Origin: an uncultured Alphaproteobacteria bacterium
GTDB lineage: Bacteria; Pseudomonadota; Alphaproteobacteria; Rs-D84
Direction: 5' to 3'
Length of the DNA: 64,000 nt
Assembly: GCA_944392815.1 (NCBI GenBank)
Contig: CALXXY010000002.1
Coordinates: forward strand, 152,257 to 216,256
A program made the translations under genes and the position numbers. The notes beneath the pieces were generated by a model that searched no databases, was not told the DNA's origin, and saw only the letters and a list, made by a program, of their open reading frames with translations. The stretch's first letter is position 1. The number at the start of each line of letters is the position of its first letter. Shown one piece after another: positions 41,222-51,354 of the stretch.

Positions 41222-42295
41222 TTATGTCAGGGCATTTGTAATTTGATCCTGCATTTGGAATGTGCCCAGCACGACCCATGCAATTATCGCGGAAACCAGC
41301 AAAATTCCAAAACTGTTCATAACATTGGACACAGATTCCATTTTCCGCACAGATTCGTCCAAATAATCGTTCGCCACACGCGACAAATTTTCATCAAACC
41401 CATTCATATCGGCATAAATCGCCAAATCGCCTATTATTTCAGCATTTGGAAAATCACGCCCTGTATTATTTAACGCATTTCCCAAATTCGCACCATTCGC
41501 GATATAGTGCAGCGTATCTTCCAAAATACTGCGCAGATATTTATTTGAACTGTCGGCCAACATACGCATCGCGTCCGGTATAGTTATTCCGGCCGCAACC
41601 ATGGACGACAAACTCATCAGCCACCCAACAGACATCTGAATTTTATACACATTCCACGGCGGCAATTTATCAAACAGTGTACGCAACCGCCCCGTCCAAT
41701 TCGGTAAACTAATCCACACCACACCAACCAGCGCAGCAAACGCGCCCAAAATAATATACCAATATTTAATTGAAAAATCAGACAACCATATCAACGACGA
41801 CGCCATTCCGCGCCACACAACGCTGTCGCCCGCAATTTCCGCCAACGGCGGCACCAGGTATATCCCAACCAACATAATAATACCAAACGTCAACAGCAAT
41901 AAAAATAATGGGTACGCAATAGCACTTATCATGGCGCGCCGCATACGCGTTGTTCCATCAACAACTCTGCTTACATTTTCCAGCGCAATCACCAAATCAG
42001 ACAAATTCCCAGATGTCACCAACAACGTTTCTTCGGGTGGCACCCAACCACGTGTTGCATCAGAAAAACTCATACCGCGTTCCAGATTTTTTTGCCATTC
42101 ACGCATAACAATGGCAAACGGTTCGTTTGGCTTTTTCCCACCATGTGATTCAATGGATTCCAAACGTCCCAACGCGTCCATCAACGTAAAATCATTACGC
42201 AACAACGACGCCAATTTGCGCGCCGTCGCCATACGTTTATTCGTATCCAACCGAAACACCAGGCGCGCATACCACAAATCCATTTTGGTTGTCAT
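41222..42295 (-). CDS. Type IVb pilus inner-membrane platform protein (PilR/BfpE, GspF family)
   Basis: Two GspF-like repeats, YPLFL TM, KLPPWNVYK...GWL (R64 PilR-like). Confidence 0.8.
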   Translation of the reverse strand: MTTKMDLWYARLVFRLDTNKRMATARKLASLLRNDFTLMDALGRLESIESHGGKKPNEPFAIVMREWQKNLERGMSFSDATRGWVPPEETLLVTSGNLSDLVIALENVSRVVDGTTRMRRAMISAIAYPLFLLLLTFGIIMLVGIYLVPPLAEIAGDSVVWRGMASSLIWLSDFSIKYWYIILGAFAALVGVVWISLPNWTGRLRTLFDKLPPWNVYKIQMSVGWLMSLSSMVAAGITIPDAMRMLADSSNKYLRSILEDTLHYIANGANLGNALNNTGRDFPNAEIIGDLAIYADMNGFDENLSRVANDYLDESVRKMESVSNVMNSFGILLVSAIIAWVVLGTFQMQDQITNALT

Positions 42296-42296
42296 A

Positions 42297-43934
42297 TTAA
42301 TACACCCCCGGTCTGTCCAATAACCCAACCCAGCGTTCCAGTTCATCAACACCGATTATGCCCTGCAACATTAACGACGTGGCGGCCTCTTTCAATGTGC
42401 GGCCGTCCATTTCTTCCAGCCAATATTTGTACGCCCCATCAGTGTTGCCAGACAAAGCCATACGTAAAAATTCACTGTTGGTAATAATGATTTCGCCCGC
42501 CTTTACACGACCCAAAGTACCGGTTCCTTTGCATTCCTCGCACCCGGCACCACGGATATACACCTGGCGCAGACCCAATTCACCAAACGCGTCCAACACA
42601 CGATTGTATTCTGGGGCCTCGGGGTGGTCAATCAAACGTTCACGACAATGCGGGCACAGTTTTTTAAACAACCGCATAGATATTAATCCGCGCATTAACG
42701 TTTCTTCTTTTAATTTAAACGCCTCTATCCCCAAATCCAGCAATCGGGTCAACGCAGACATTGCCGAATTCGCGTGCAAAGTCGTCCACACATTATGCCC
42801 AGACAACGCCCCACGCACAGTCAACTGTGCCGCCGCCAGCGTACGAATTTCCCCCACCATCAGCGTATCAGGGTCACTGCGTAATGCCGCGGCCAGTGCC
42901 TCGGTATACTTTTCTTCGCGTTGTTCTTCGTTCATGGTGTTCACCACAGGCATCTGATGTGCACCGAATATTTTTTGTTCAACGGGATCTTCGACCGTAA
43001 TCATATTTATTTCATAATGATGCTCTTTTAACATCAATGACATATTACGAACCAAAGTGGTCGATTTACCAGAACTGGTGGGCCCCGCCACAATCACCAA
43101 ACCGGTCGGAAAAGAACGCAGGCGCATTAACAATTTTTGTTCATATTCACCAAATTCCTGTTCTGTTTTTATTCCCTCGGACGGGTTATCGTACAACAAA
43201 CGCATAACGACATAACGGCTGCCGAACGCGATGGGATTAAATTGCATACGAATACTTAATATTCCCCGTGGCAAATATAAATCTTTGGTTCCACGCAGTG
43301 GAGTCCGCCCATCTTTCTGTGCAAATTGATATTCATTTTGTGCATAGTTCGCATTCGACATATCAGACGACGCAAACGCAGCACGAACAAACGATTCCCC
43401 CCACCCAGAATTATATTCCAACACAGGTTGCATACTGCCATCAATACGGAAATATATGGTTGTTTGGTCGGCAACCTCTATATGAATATCAGACACCTTT
43501 TGCGCGGCGGCTTTGGCGATAATATCGACAAAATCCTTTTGCATTTGGTTGTCGTAATCCTGGCGCGAACGTGTCACACCACCCAACCGATTTTCATATG
43601 CTTTATAAATACTGGAAACTAATCCCAGATCAGAATAAAACGGCACCCGCATTGGACGCGCACGCTTTTTCAATAAATCCAAAAACGCCAGCACACGCCC
43701 ATCATATCGATGCGTACGCGAAATAATAATTTCACCACCGGAAAAATATGCAATCAAACCCTGGGTTTCTTTTGGTAATTCCTGTTCTGCCCCGGTGGCG
43801 GTTAATAACCTATTTCCGTTTGAAAACAGAAAATCCACAATATCTTTGTTATCAGCATTTTCCAACCCGGCCGGAACAGACGGCCGTTCGATATCTGGGA
43901 TATTGTTTAATGCATTGTTTTCTGCTTCGTTCAT
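42297..43934 (-). CDS. Type IVb pilus assembly ATPase (PilQ/BfpD, GspE family)
   Basis: SDIHIE, RIDG, GPTSSGKST, TVEDPVE, LRSDPD..MVGEIR, GH.VWTTLHAN, CxxC...CxxC. Confidence 0.9.
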   Translation of the reverse strand: MNEAENNALNNIPDIERPSVPAGLENADNKDIVDFLFSNGNRLLTATGAEQELPKETQGLIAYFSGGEIIISRTHRYDGRVLAFLDLLKKRARPMRVPFYSDLGLVSSIYKAYENRLGGVTRSRQDYDNQMQKDFVDIIAKAAAQKVSDIHIEVADQTTIYFRIDGSMQPVLEYNSGWGESFVRAAFASSDMSNANYAQNEYQFAQKDGRTPLRGTKDLYLPRGILSIRMQFNPIAFGSRYVVMRLLYDNPSEGIKTEQEFGEYEQKLLMRLRSFPTGLVIVAGPTSSGKSTTLVRNMSLMLKEHHYEINMITVEDPVEQKIFGAHQMPVVNTMNEEQREEKYTEALAAALRSDPDTLMVGEIRTLAAAQLTVRGALSGHNVWTTLHANSAMSALTRLLDLGIEAFKLKEETLMRGLISMRLFKKLCPHCRERLIDHPEAPEYNRVLDAFGELGLRQVYIRGAGCEECKGTGTLGRVKAGEIIITNSEFLRMALSGNTDGAYKYWLEEMDGRTLKEAATSLMLQGIIGVDELERWVGLLDRPGVY

Positions 43935-43957
43935 AATACGATTATTCCCCGTATTTA

Positions 43958-44677
43958 TTAATTAGATTTGCTGACATTTAACGCCTGGACATCTGCACCA
44001 TTACTGAACACAACCCCATCGTCCAACGATATAGATTGCACAGTATAACCATCTACAACCTTGCCTACACTTATGGTTTTATTTTGCCCAGTTGATAAAT
44101 TTTCAATCGTTGCCTGTAATTGGGAACCCGCCCCAATAACATTCACCAAACGATATTGGTCATCGAAATTAACCGCGGGCGCGGCCACTTCTGTGGTGGT
44201 GGCTGGCGCACTGGTCACAGCGGTATATGTTGCACGGCGCGCTTCTAATTCTTCGGTTTGTGCCTCAAGTTCTTCTTTTTCGCGTTCCAGACGTGCGGCC
44301 TCGGTTTCCAACTTTGCCTGGGCATTTTCCAATTCCTGTTGCTGTTGTTCGGCCCGCCCGGACAATTCGTCAATTTCCATATGCAGTTTTATTTTTTCTG
44401 CGGCCAATCTGTCCAGTTCCAAATCCAACTGTGCGCGTTCTTTTTCCAATTCCATTAAAACTTTTTCCTGTTCCAAATCAGTTATCTGTTGAAACACGGA
44501 CCCGGCCGGATTATACGCAGCCACAGCGTCGGCGGACACGGCCTCCATCTGGGCGGCAATATCCACATCATCTGATGCCGCAACATCTGTTTCTGCGTCC
44601 GCCGCAAACACGTACATCGGCATAAACATAAACACAGAAAACAACACACCTGATATAAATTTAATTTTATTTCGCAT
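43958..44677 (-). CDS. Putative pilus biogenesis protein (PilP-like)
   Basis: Signal peptide, long coiled coil, C-terminal beta domain (LVNVIG...ATI...G..VDGYTVQSI..DGV); located between pilO and pilQ. Confidence 0.6.
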   Translation of the reverse strand: MRNKIKFISGVLFSVFMFMPMYVFAADAETDVAASDDVDIAAQMEAVSADAVAAYNPAGSVFQQITDLEQEKVLMELEKERAQLDLELDRLAAEKIKLHMEIDELSGRAEQQQQELENAQAKLETEAARLEREKEELEAQTEELEARRATYTAVTSAPATTTEVAAPAVNFDDQYRLVNVIGAGSQLQATIENLSTGQNKTISVGKVVDGYTVQSISLDDGVVFSNGADVQALNVSKSN

Positions 44678-45929
44678 AGATTATCACCTCATAGTTCCAA
44701 TTACGTCGTGACGCGTCCCATGCGCAGCGCGTCATATACACCCCGCCAAATTCGGAAAATATATGCATAAACTGCACAGGATTTAATTTTGATTCCGCCG
44801 CAACCTCTACTATATCCAGTTGCACAGTATCAACACCATTGGTCAGTGTATCTGTCACCATTTGAACATCTGCCGTCATATTTGCATTTTGAAACGCAGT
44901 CAACACATCACGCGCAACCGTTTCGACATCGCGTTCGTCCAACGACGCACGTATCGCCACATTTGGCAAAGTCGCACGCACATACAGCGAATTATCAGAT
45001 TCCTGTTGCACAAATGACCCAGGCATAATTTCAGTTGCGGTCATGTAAAAATCATTTAACGAACCAAACGTACGCTGAAATACAGCACTGGCATGTGTTT
45101 CCCCACATTCAGCCGATTTTTGTTCCCAACCGGTAATCGGCTGCATTAAAAACGCAATTGCCTGATAACACGTACGTGCACGCGCGTCCATATCCGGTAA
45201 ATATTCATACGGTAAAACAATCGGTTCGGGCTCTGGCGCACGTTCAATTTCGAATTGCGCGTCCAGTTCACGTGCCTTTTCTTCGACCTGGCGTTCATAT
45301 TCGGCCGCAACCTCGGGACTAATTTTTGTCACATCGGGCTGTGGCATAATCATCTGATTAATTGGATTACGGAAAAACCATAAAATTCCAATTAAAAACG
45401 CAAACAATAAAACAAAAGAAACAATACCCGCACGTGCACGACTGATTGGACGCAAAGTCGCACGCACACTGCGATTTACAACATCAGAAATATTACGTTC
45501 CACAGAACGCGGCATTCCCCACGCCCCAGGCGCAAACAACGCACCCCAATCGGGAATTTCTGATAATTTGAAATATTCGGCCCGTGCAGATTGCGCATCA
45601 TCAAACAGTTTATCTTCCAGTATAACGCCATTACGCACCGCAACCAGATAAAAACCCTTGTCAACTGCGAACACGGCCAAAAACGATGTATATTCCCCCA
45701 TCGCATCGGCCACAGCCGCCGCCGCACTGTCCATACCACTGCGATGACCCAACTTTTTGGACCCCAGTCCAACCATCGCGCGATATTCAGTATACAGATT
45801 TAATTTTTTATCAACACTGCGTGCCAACGTACGCGCATACGCACGCGCGACATAGCCCGCCCCTGTTGGTTGCCAAAACAATCCAACAGCATATTTTTTC
45901 CTGTCAACGGTAATTATTTGACCTGGCAA
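44667..45929 (-). CDS. Type IVb pilus accessory protein PilO2-like
   Basis: KYAVGLFWQ, SAAAAVA, YLVAVRNG...D, central TM; R64 PilO-like layout. Confidence 0.7.
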   Translation of the reverse strand: MPGQIITVDRKKYAVGLFWQPTGAGYVARAYARTLARSVDKKLNLYTEYRAMVGLGSKKLGHRSGMDSAAAAVADAMGEYTSFLAVFAVDKGFYLVAVRNGVILEDKLFDDAQSARAEYFKLSEIPDWGALFAPGAWGMPRSVERNISDVVNRSVRATLRPISRARAGIVSFVLLFAFLIGILWFFRNPINQMIMPQPDVTKISPEVAAEYERQVEEKARELDAQFEIERAPEPEPIVLPYEYLPDMDARARTCYQAIAFLMQPITGWEQKSAECGETHASAVFQRTFGSLNDFYMTATEIMPGSFVQQESDNSLYVRATLPNVAIRASLDERDVETVARDVLTAFQNANMTADVQMVTDTLTNGVDTVQLDIVEVAAESKLNPVQFMHIFSEFGGVYMTRCAWDASRRNWNYEVIIYAK

Positions 45930-46002
45930 TTTCCCTCTCTACCCTGATTTTAAGTAATTATAACATAAAAACATATTCTTTGGCAAACACAGAATAACAA
46001 AA

Positions 46003-46027
46003 CCCGTCGCATTTTTAGTGCGACGGG
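46003..46027. terminator. Intrinsic terminator after the lpx operon
   Basis: CCCGTCGCA-loop-TGCGACGGG with T-runs on both strands. Confidence 0.75.
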
Positions 46028-46049
46028 GAATTTTTTTTGCATGCGCAGA

Positions 46050-46490
46050 TTAACAACCGCCCATACCACCATACATAGTTTCAGCACAATTAATCTGATG
46101 TTCCACCAACACAGGCGTCGCCGTTATACTGGAACCACCATCTTTGGCCGTGCGAACATTGTTCGGGTGCGGGCAATCATAAACATTTGCAACCAACACA
46201 AATGCACGTTCAGGCCCAAACACCACCCATTCATTCGGGCGTGTACGCTGGCTGGTTATCCAATACGCATTTCCGGGGCGCGCCTGGTCAACAATTCTGT
46301 TTTCCAGATACACGCGCGCGTCATCTGCGTCGTATACAGAAACCTCGGATTCTATTTTATACAAAAACGTACAACCAATTGGTTCAGCGTCCAACTGTGT
46401 TAAATATTGACTGCCGTTTTCGGGCTTTACCAAACCACCACATGCGGCCAATCCCAATAACACAGCGGTAAATATAAACTTTTTTTTCAT
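46050..46490 (-). CDS. Lipoprotein (DUF4156-like)
   Basis: Lipobox LAA-C, GC.FL..I, GNA, A.VY.C. Confidence 0.6.
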   Translation of the reverse strand: MKKKFIFTAVLLGLAACGGLVKPENGSQYLTQLDAEPIGCTFLYKIESEVSVYDADDARVYLENRIVDQARPGNAYWITSQRTRPNEWVVFGPERAFVLVANVYDCPHPNNVRTAKDGGSSITATPVLVEHQINCAETMYGGMGGC

Positions 46491-46517
46491 TTTAACCACC
46501 CTGGAAATATATTTATT

Positions 46518-47453
46518 TTATTCAATTATATCATAATTTGCACTGTCACTGAACAATTTTTTCAACACCAGGTTATTCAACGCATGACTGCCCTTGAACG
46601 AAGTTAATTTACCAACCACAAAACCACCCGATGTATACATATCACCAATTGCGTCAATTATTTTATGACGAACAAATTCGTCCGGCCAAATAGTTTTATT
46701 TAATGTCCCGTCCCCTGCGTTATTCAGTGCGATAACATTGTTTTCGTTTGCCCCACGCGCCATGCCGTGCTTTTTTAAATATTCCCATTCAGAATATTTT
46801 CCAAACGTACGCGCACGCGCAATATTTGATTCAAACACAGATATTGATTTTTTGGTTCCATTAAAACTGTACGAATATGTCTGGGCCCCAATAATTTTTT
46901 CAGGATAAATTAACGTCGCAATTATGTCCAAAGATTTCCCGTCATTCGGTTCCAGTTTTACATACCCATTACTTTTACGACCACTGACTGTATTTATAAT
47001 CCACCATTTTATACGTGAAAACACGTTCATATTACGCCGAATTTCGGCCGCATACGCAACAACAGGCCGCCGCACAACTATCTTTTTTATTTTTCCGCCC
47101 GTGACACCGGCGCGTACAAAATCTTTATAAAATTCAGCCGCACTGCCGTCCAATATTGGTGTTTCAGCCCCATCAATTTCAATCAATGCACTGTCAACGC
47201 CCGCCATAAATAACGCAGCCATCAAATGTTCAACCGTCTGTACATGCGCCCCAGATATATCCCCAATTGTGGTATTACGCATCTTGGTTTCACCGACATT
47301 ATCATACGTTGCACACACAGGCACACTGTTTTCTATATCAGTTCGTTTAAAATAAATCCCATATTTATCATACGGCCGCACCACCATATTCACAGGCGCC
47401 CCCGAATGAATTCCATGCCCTGATATTTTTACAGTTTTTTTCAACGTTGACAT
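46518..47453 (-). CDS. lpxC: UDP-3-O-acyl-GlcNAc deacetylase
   Basis: G.GIHSG, TVEHLMAAL, PILDGSA, ARARTFG, EFVRHKIIDAIGD, GSHALN. Confidence 0.95.
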   Translation of the reverse strand: MSTLKKTVKISGHGIHSGAPVNMVVRPYDKYGIYFKRTDIENSVPVCATYDNVGETKMRNTTIGDISGAHVQTVEHLMAALFMAGVDSALIEIDGAETPILDGSAAEFYKDFVRAGVTGGKIKKIVVRRPVVAYAAEIRRNMNVFSRIKWWIINTVSGRKSNGYVKLEPNDGKSLDIIATLIYPEKIIGAQTYSYSFNGTKKSISVFESNIARARTFGKYSEWEYLKKHGMARGANENNVIALNNAGDGTLNKTIWPDEFVRHKIIDAIGDMYTSGGFVVGKLTSFKGSHALNNLVLKKLFSDSANYDIIE

Positions 47454-48355
47454 TTTAATTTTTCCCCCAACCAATTCCAAAAATCATTATCAATCACAGT
47501 ATCCAAACGCGCATATTTAATTTCATCGCGCACGGCCGCCGGCAAACGCACCCAATCTTTTTCAGTGGTGATTAATTTCGCACCCAACTTTTCGGCCTGT
47601 TCCATTAATTTTTTCAAATCTTCGTCGGTATATTGATAATGATCACCGAACGATTTTTTTCCCACAACATTTGTTAACGAATTAAAAAATTTTTTCGGAT
47701 ATCCAATACCCGCAAACGCGAACAATTTTTCATTTTCTGGATACGGCGAAAAAGTTTTATTCGTCGCATAAAACACAGGAATATCCGTCGGCAAAGTAAA
47801 ATGTTTACACGGCCGCGCCCCACGAATAACTATTATCGCGTCCGCACGACGAACAGCCCGCCGCGGTTCACGCAGTGGCCCGGCCGGCAACATAAAACCA
47901 TTTCCATAACCAATATTTTGATCAAATACCAATACAGATATATTTTTGTGTATTTTCGGATTTTGTAATCCGTCGTCCATAATAATTGGCGTGGTATCAT
48001 TAACTTGCTTGTCTAATAACATGATATTGCTTTTTCTGTCACCAACATGCACCTGAATACCATCGCGGGATAACATAGTCGCCTCGTCCCCGATATATCC
48101 TGTTTTTTCCCCGCGTTTATACCCGCGCATAACCACAGGCGCATCAAAATATTTCGCAATTTGTCGCACTATTGGTGTTTTACCAACACCACCCGCCAAT
48201 ATATTACCAATACAAACAACAGGCCTGCGCGATTTGTACACACGCATTTTGCGAAACATATACACAACCCGTCCCATCAAATAATACAACCATGACACAG
48301 GCACCAACAACCATGCCACAGGCGTTTTATGCATAAACCACCACGGTGTTTTCAT
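47441..48355 (-). CDS. lpxK: Tetraacyldisaccharide 4'-kinase
   Basis: CIGNILAGGVGKTP, RGY, GDE, MDDGLQ, LPAGPLREP, FAGIG.P, TTEKD. Confidence 0.95.
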   Translation of the reverse strand: MKTPWWFMHKTPVAWLLVPVSWLYYLMGRVVYMFRKMRVYKSRRPVVCIGNILAGGVGKTPIVRQIAKYFDAPVVMRGYKRGEKTGYIGDEATMLSRDGIQVHVGDRKSNIMLLDKQVNDTTPIIMDDGLQNPKIHKNISVLVFDQNIGYGNGFMLPAGPLREPRRAVRRADAIIVIRGARPCKHFTLPTDIPVFYATNKTFSPYPENEKLFAFAGIGYPKKFFNSLTNVVGKKSFGDHYQYTDEDLKKLMEQAEKLGAKLITTEKDWVRLPAAVRDEIKYARLDTVIDNDFWNWLGEKLKCQR

Positions 48356-48358
48356 TTT

Positions 48359-49150
48359 TTATTTCCGACGTTTTGTTGTTTTGTTTTTATCTGCCTGGGC
48401 GCGCATTTTATCTTTGAACCCGGCGGCGGTTAAATCCTGTTCCACTTTAAATAAATTAAACTCGCCGTCCATCTCACGTACCTGGCGCACCATCAGATTT
48501 TCTATTTTTTTACGCAGTTTTTCAAAATCTTCTGCACTGATTTTTGAATCGATAAATATCGGATTTCCTATTTTGCACGTAATGGTTGAAAAAGGCAATG
48601 CGACCAAATACCTGTCCCAACGATTTTGAAACCACGCCCGCGAAGACGAATAACACACCGGTATAATCGGCGCGCCAGTCATTTTTGCAAAATATAACGC
48701 CCCGTCCTGGACCCGCAAAGACGGCCCGCCCGGCCCATCAGGTGACAAACACATAGAATAATCACCACGCCGCAAAATACGCACCCCTTCGCGCAGGACG
48801 GAAATTCCGCCCTCGGACGTGCTGCCGTAAATAGATTTTAATCCGAACAAACGCTGTAATTTTGCCATCATACGCCCGTCTTTGTGACGTGACGCCACAG
48901 CATACGCGCGCATTCCACCCAAACAAACAATCGGTGATAACATCATGCTGCGCCCATGCCAGAATATAAACACAGCCGGCCGTCTGCGATATTTTTTAAA
49001 CACGTCCCAATTAGTAATTTTTTTACGACATGTAAAATATACAAACCAAATCGCCAACGCCATCAATCCAGCCAAAATCCACTGAAAAAATGGCAAGCGT
49101 AAAATAGGTTCCCAAAATTTTTTCCACAGTTTTCTAAATTTCTGATACAT
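48359..49150 (-). CDS. DUF374 lysophospholipid acyltransferase-family protein
   Basis: FWHGR, S.HKDG, GSTS.GG, PDGPGGP, WDRY..ALPFS. Confidence 0.85.
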   Translation of the reverse strand: MYQKFRKLWKKFWEPILRLPFFQWILAGLMALAIWFVYFTCRKKITNWDVFKKYRRRPAVFIFWHGRSMMLSPIVCLGGMRAYAVASRHKDGRMMAKLQRLFGLKSIYGSTSEGGISVLREGVRILRRGDYSMCLSPDGPGGPSLRVQDGALYFAKMTGAPIIPVCYSSSRAWFQNRWDRYLVALPFSTITCKIGNPIFIDSKISAEDFEKLRKKIENLMVRQVREMDGEFNLFKVEQDLTAAGFKDKMRAQADKNKTTKRRK

Positions 49151-49259
49151 GATTTAAAATACCTCTGCGACAGGCATTCTAGCAATAAAAGAATAAGATT
49201 TCAACAATCTATAGGAATCAGTTCACGCACCCCAAAAAACAAAAAAAATCATAAAAACC

Positions 49260-49288
49260 TTGACAAAAGCATATAAAAGTTATACAAT
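49260..49288 (+). promoter_or_regulatory. Sigma70 promoter of tRNA-fMet
   Basis: TTGACA-N17-TACAAT. Confidence 0.8.
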
Positions 49289-49301
49289 ACAGCCCGTTCG
49301 C

Positions 49302-49378
<77 letters not shown>

Positions 49379-49523
49379 AGATTCCGCCCAGTTTTCTGGG
49401 CTTTTTTAGTACAAATTTTCCCAACACCAAATCGCCAAATTAAATCGGGGCAACCCAGGGGCAACCTTTTTTATGGAACCAGTACATTCAACCTGTTAAT
49501 ATTCATAAAAAAAGAGGGCTGAA

Positions 49524-50303
49524 ATGTTTAAACCACAACGACAGCACATTTATGAATTTATATCCGAAGATTGCGATTGGAGACAAGCATGCGAATGGCT
49601 GGAAACTGCTTGGGTGCCATTACCCCCCGGATACGAACATTTTGATAAAAAAAGAGATAACAGAATACCAATTGAAGAAACATACAAACATCCCTCTTAT
49701 TGGAGAAGAAGCCAAGTATTGGCCCAAGCCATAAAACAAGAGGTTTTAAGACCAATATACTATGACCGGGTGCTAATCAATATTTTAAATAACTTAACAT
49801 CCAATCCAGATTCAAGAGGGTCTTATGAGATTCAAGAGACAGTTAGACATTTAATGCATAGTCCCTTTATGGTTAGCTTTAAACATCTGGCGGAAGTATT
49901 CAAATGCGGCAGTTATAAAATAATTTTGGATAAAACCGAATTAATTTACAGTGGATATTATCTTTACTTGGAAAACAATGACCTTATGTTTTATGTAAAA
50001 GGTGAATCAAAAAAAATTTATAGCCTAAACAGATCAAACAGCACAATAGCAGATGTACTAAAATATCTGATTACCAAGGCACCAAATGAACCTGTATCTT
50101 TTGCAAGACTAGCCGAATATTCTGCACGAATTCGAAACAGCTGTTATGCAGACCAAGGCCTAAGAAAACTCCGTGAAGCAGTCATACAAAATATAAAAAA
50201 TGCCAAATATTCAAGATTAACCAAAGATGAAATGGATATGTTCAAGTCAATATTCATATATAAAGACGGAACATTGTCAATTAAAGCAAACCCTTATCAA
50301 TGA
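49524..50303 (+). CDS. Hypothetical protein (possible C-terminal winged helix)
   Basis: SD GAGGG; C-terminal VLKYLI...PNEPVSF..L pattern. Confidence 0.6.
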   Translation: MFKPQRQHIYEFISEDCDWRQACEWLETAWVPLPPGYEHFDKKRDNRIPIEETYKHPSYWRRSQVLAQAIKQEVLRPIYYDRVLINILNNLTSNPDSRGSYEIQETVRHLMHSPFMVSFKHLAEVFKCGSYKIILDKTELIYSGYYLYLENNDLMFYVKGESKKIYSLNRSNSTIADVLKYLITKAPNEPVSFARLAEYSARIRNSCYADQGLRKLREAVIQNIKNAKYSRLTKDEMDMFKSIFIYKDGTLSIKANPYQ

Positions 50304-50397
50304 CAAATGTCACCTTAATTAATGACACTGATATATTCATATTTTGATTTAGCCCGCATTTCCCTGCCCTTTGGGAAAAGGGCTTTTTCCTTATGTT

Positions 50398-50426
50398 TTG
50401 TCAGTAATTTTCTTCGTTGATAAAAT
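50398..50426 (+). promoter_or_regulatory. Sigma70 promoter of the island xis-int-rep operon
   Basis: TTGTCA-N17-TAAAAT. Confidence 0.6.
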
Positions 50427-50505
50427 TAAAAAATTCCCCATAATGTATCGTGAAGTTAACAAAAGCTTCAAAAAAATTCGAAACTTTCTATTAAAAGTTT
50501 TGAAT

Positions 50506-50577
50506 AAAAAAATTGGGCAAGAAACACCTGCCCAAACAAAGTAGATACAGACAAAATCTATATCAACCTTACTGACA
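50506..50577 (-). ncRNA. Predicted ~70-nt antisense countertranscript (ctRNA)
   Basis: Minus-strand promoter TTGCTT(50611-50606)-N17-TATCAT(50588-50583); terminator TTGGGCA/TGCCCAA plus T7 at 50535-50506. Confidence 0.65.
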
Positions 50578-50697
50578 TAAGAATGATAATGGATTTTAAA
50601 TTTAAAAGCAACTGATTTCTTTTAATTGTCTGTATCTCCTTTTTTTGCCGAGTCAGCCCTTCGGCAAGGCAATGTGACAAAAAAAAGGAGAAAAACC

Positions 50698-51354
50698 ATG
50701 TCACAAATTCTTAACAAAATAAAAAAACATTATATTGGGGCACAAGCAGAATACCTGATTCGCGAAAGAGAAAACCAGGGACACTATGGACCACAATGGG
50801 CGAAAAACAAAACATTGCACAACTATACAGACAGCCTGATATTAAGTTGTTTAACTGAACAAGAAAGACAAACCTTTCGGCAAAAGGCATGGCAGTGCAA
50901 GGAGTTTGACACCTATGTGGCTCTAGACCCTGTGAATCGAGCACAACGGTTATTAGAGGTAATAAACACCAACGAGTGCCCCGACAACATCTTGGAACCA
51001 CTGATTTGTGATTCTTGGTGTTATTCAGAACACGATTTAAACAGCAGACAAATTTTCGCGAAAATATTTGCAGAGTTTAAAAACTGCACACATTTTCTGA
51101 AAACGAAAAGACGGTTGCCACAGCTTTTCACTGTATATCGTGCTGGTTCAGAAGACGGAATATGTTGGACTATTGATAAATCAATAGCAATCCGATTGCA
51201 AAACAGACCGCCACTTTTCAGACTGCCAAAACCAGAATTTCTGCAACGAGAAGTATCGCGGGATGATGTAATTTGCTACATGTATAACACAGAAGAAAAG
51301 GATATTATCATTTTACCACAAAGCGATAAAAAAGGTGAATCCCATGCGGAATAA
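50698..51354 (+). CDS. Hypothetical protein with a degenerate ADP-ribosyltransferase-like C-terminal domain
   Basis: Strong SD AAGGAG before ATG 50698; TVYRAG...CWT...EEKDIII mirrors the ART R / S-x-T / ExE motifs. Confidence 0.55.
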   Translation: MSQILNKIKKHYIGAQAEYLIRERENQGHYGPQWAKNKTLHNYTDSLILSCLTEQERQTFRQKAWQCKEFDTYVALDPVNRAQRLLEVINTNECPDNILEPLICDSWCYSEHDLNSRQIFAKIFAEFKNCTHFLKTKRRLPQLFTVYRAGSEDGICWTIDKSIAIRLQNRPPLFRLPKPEFLQREVSRDDVICYMYNTEEKDIIILPQSDKKGESHAE

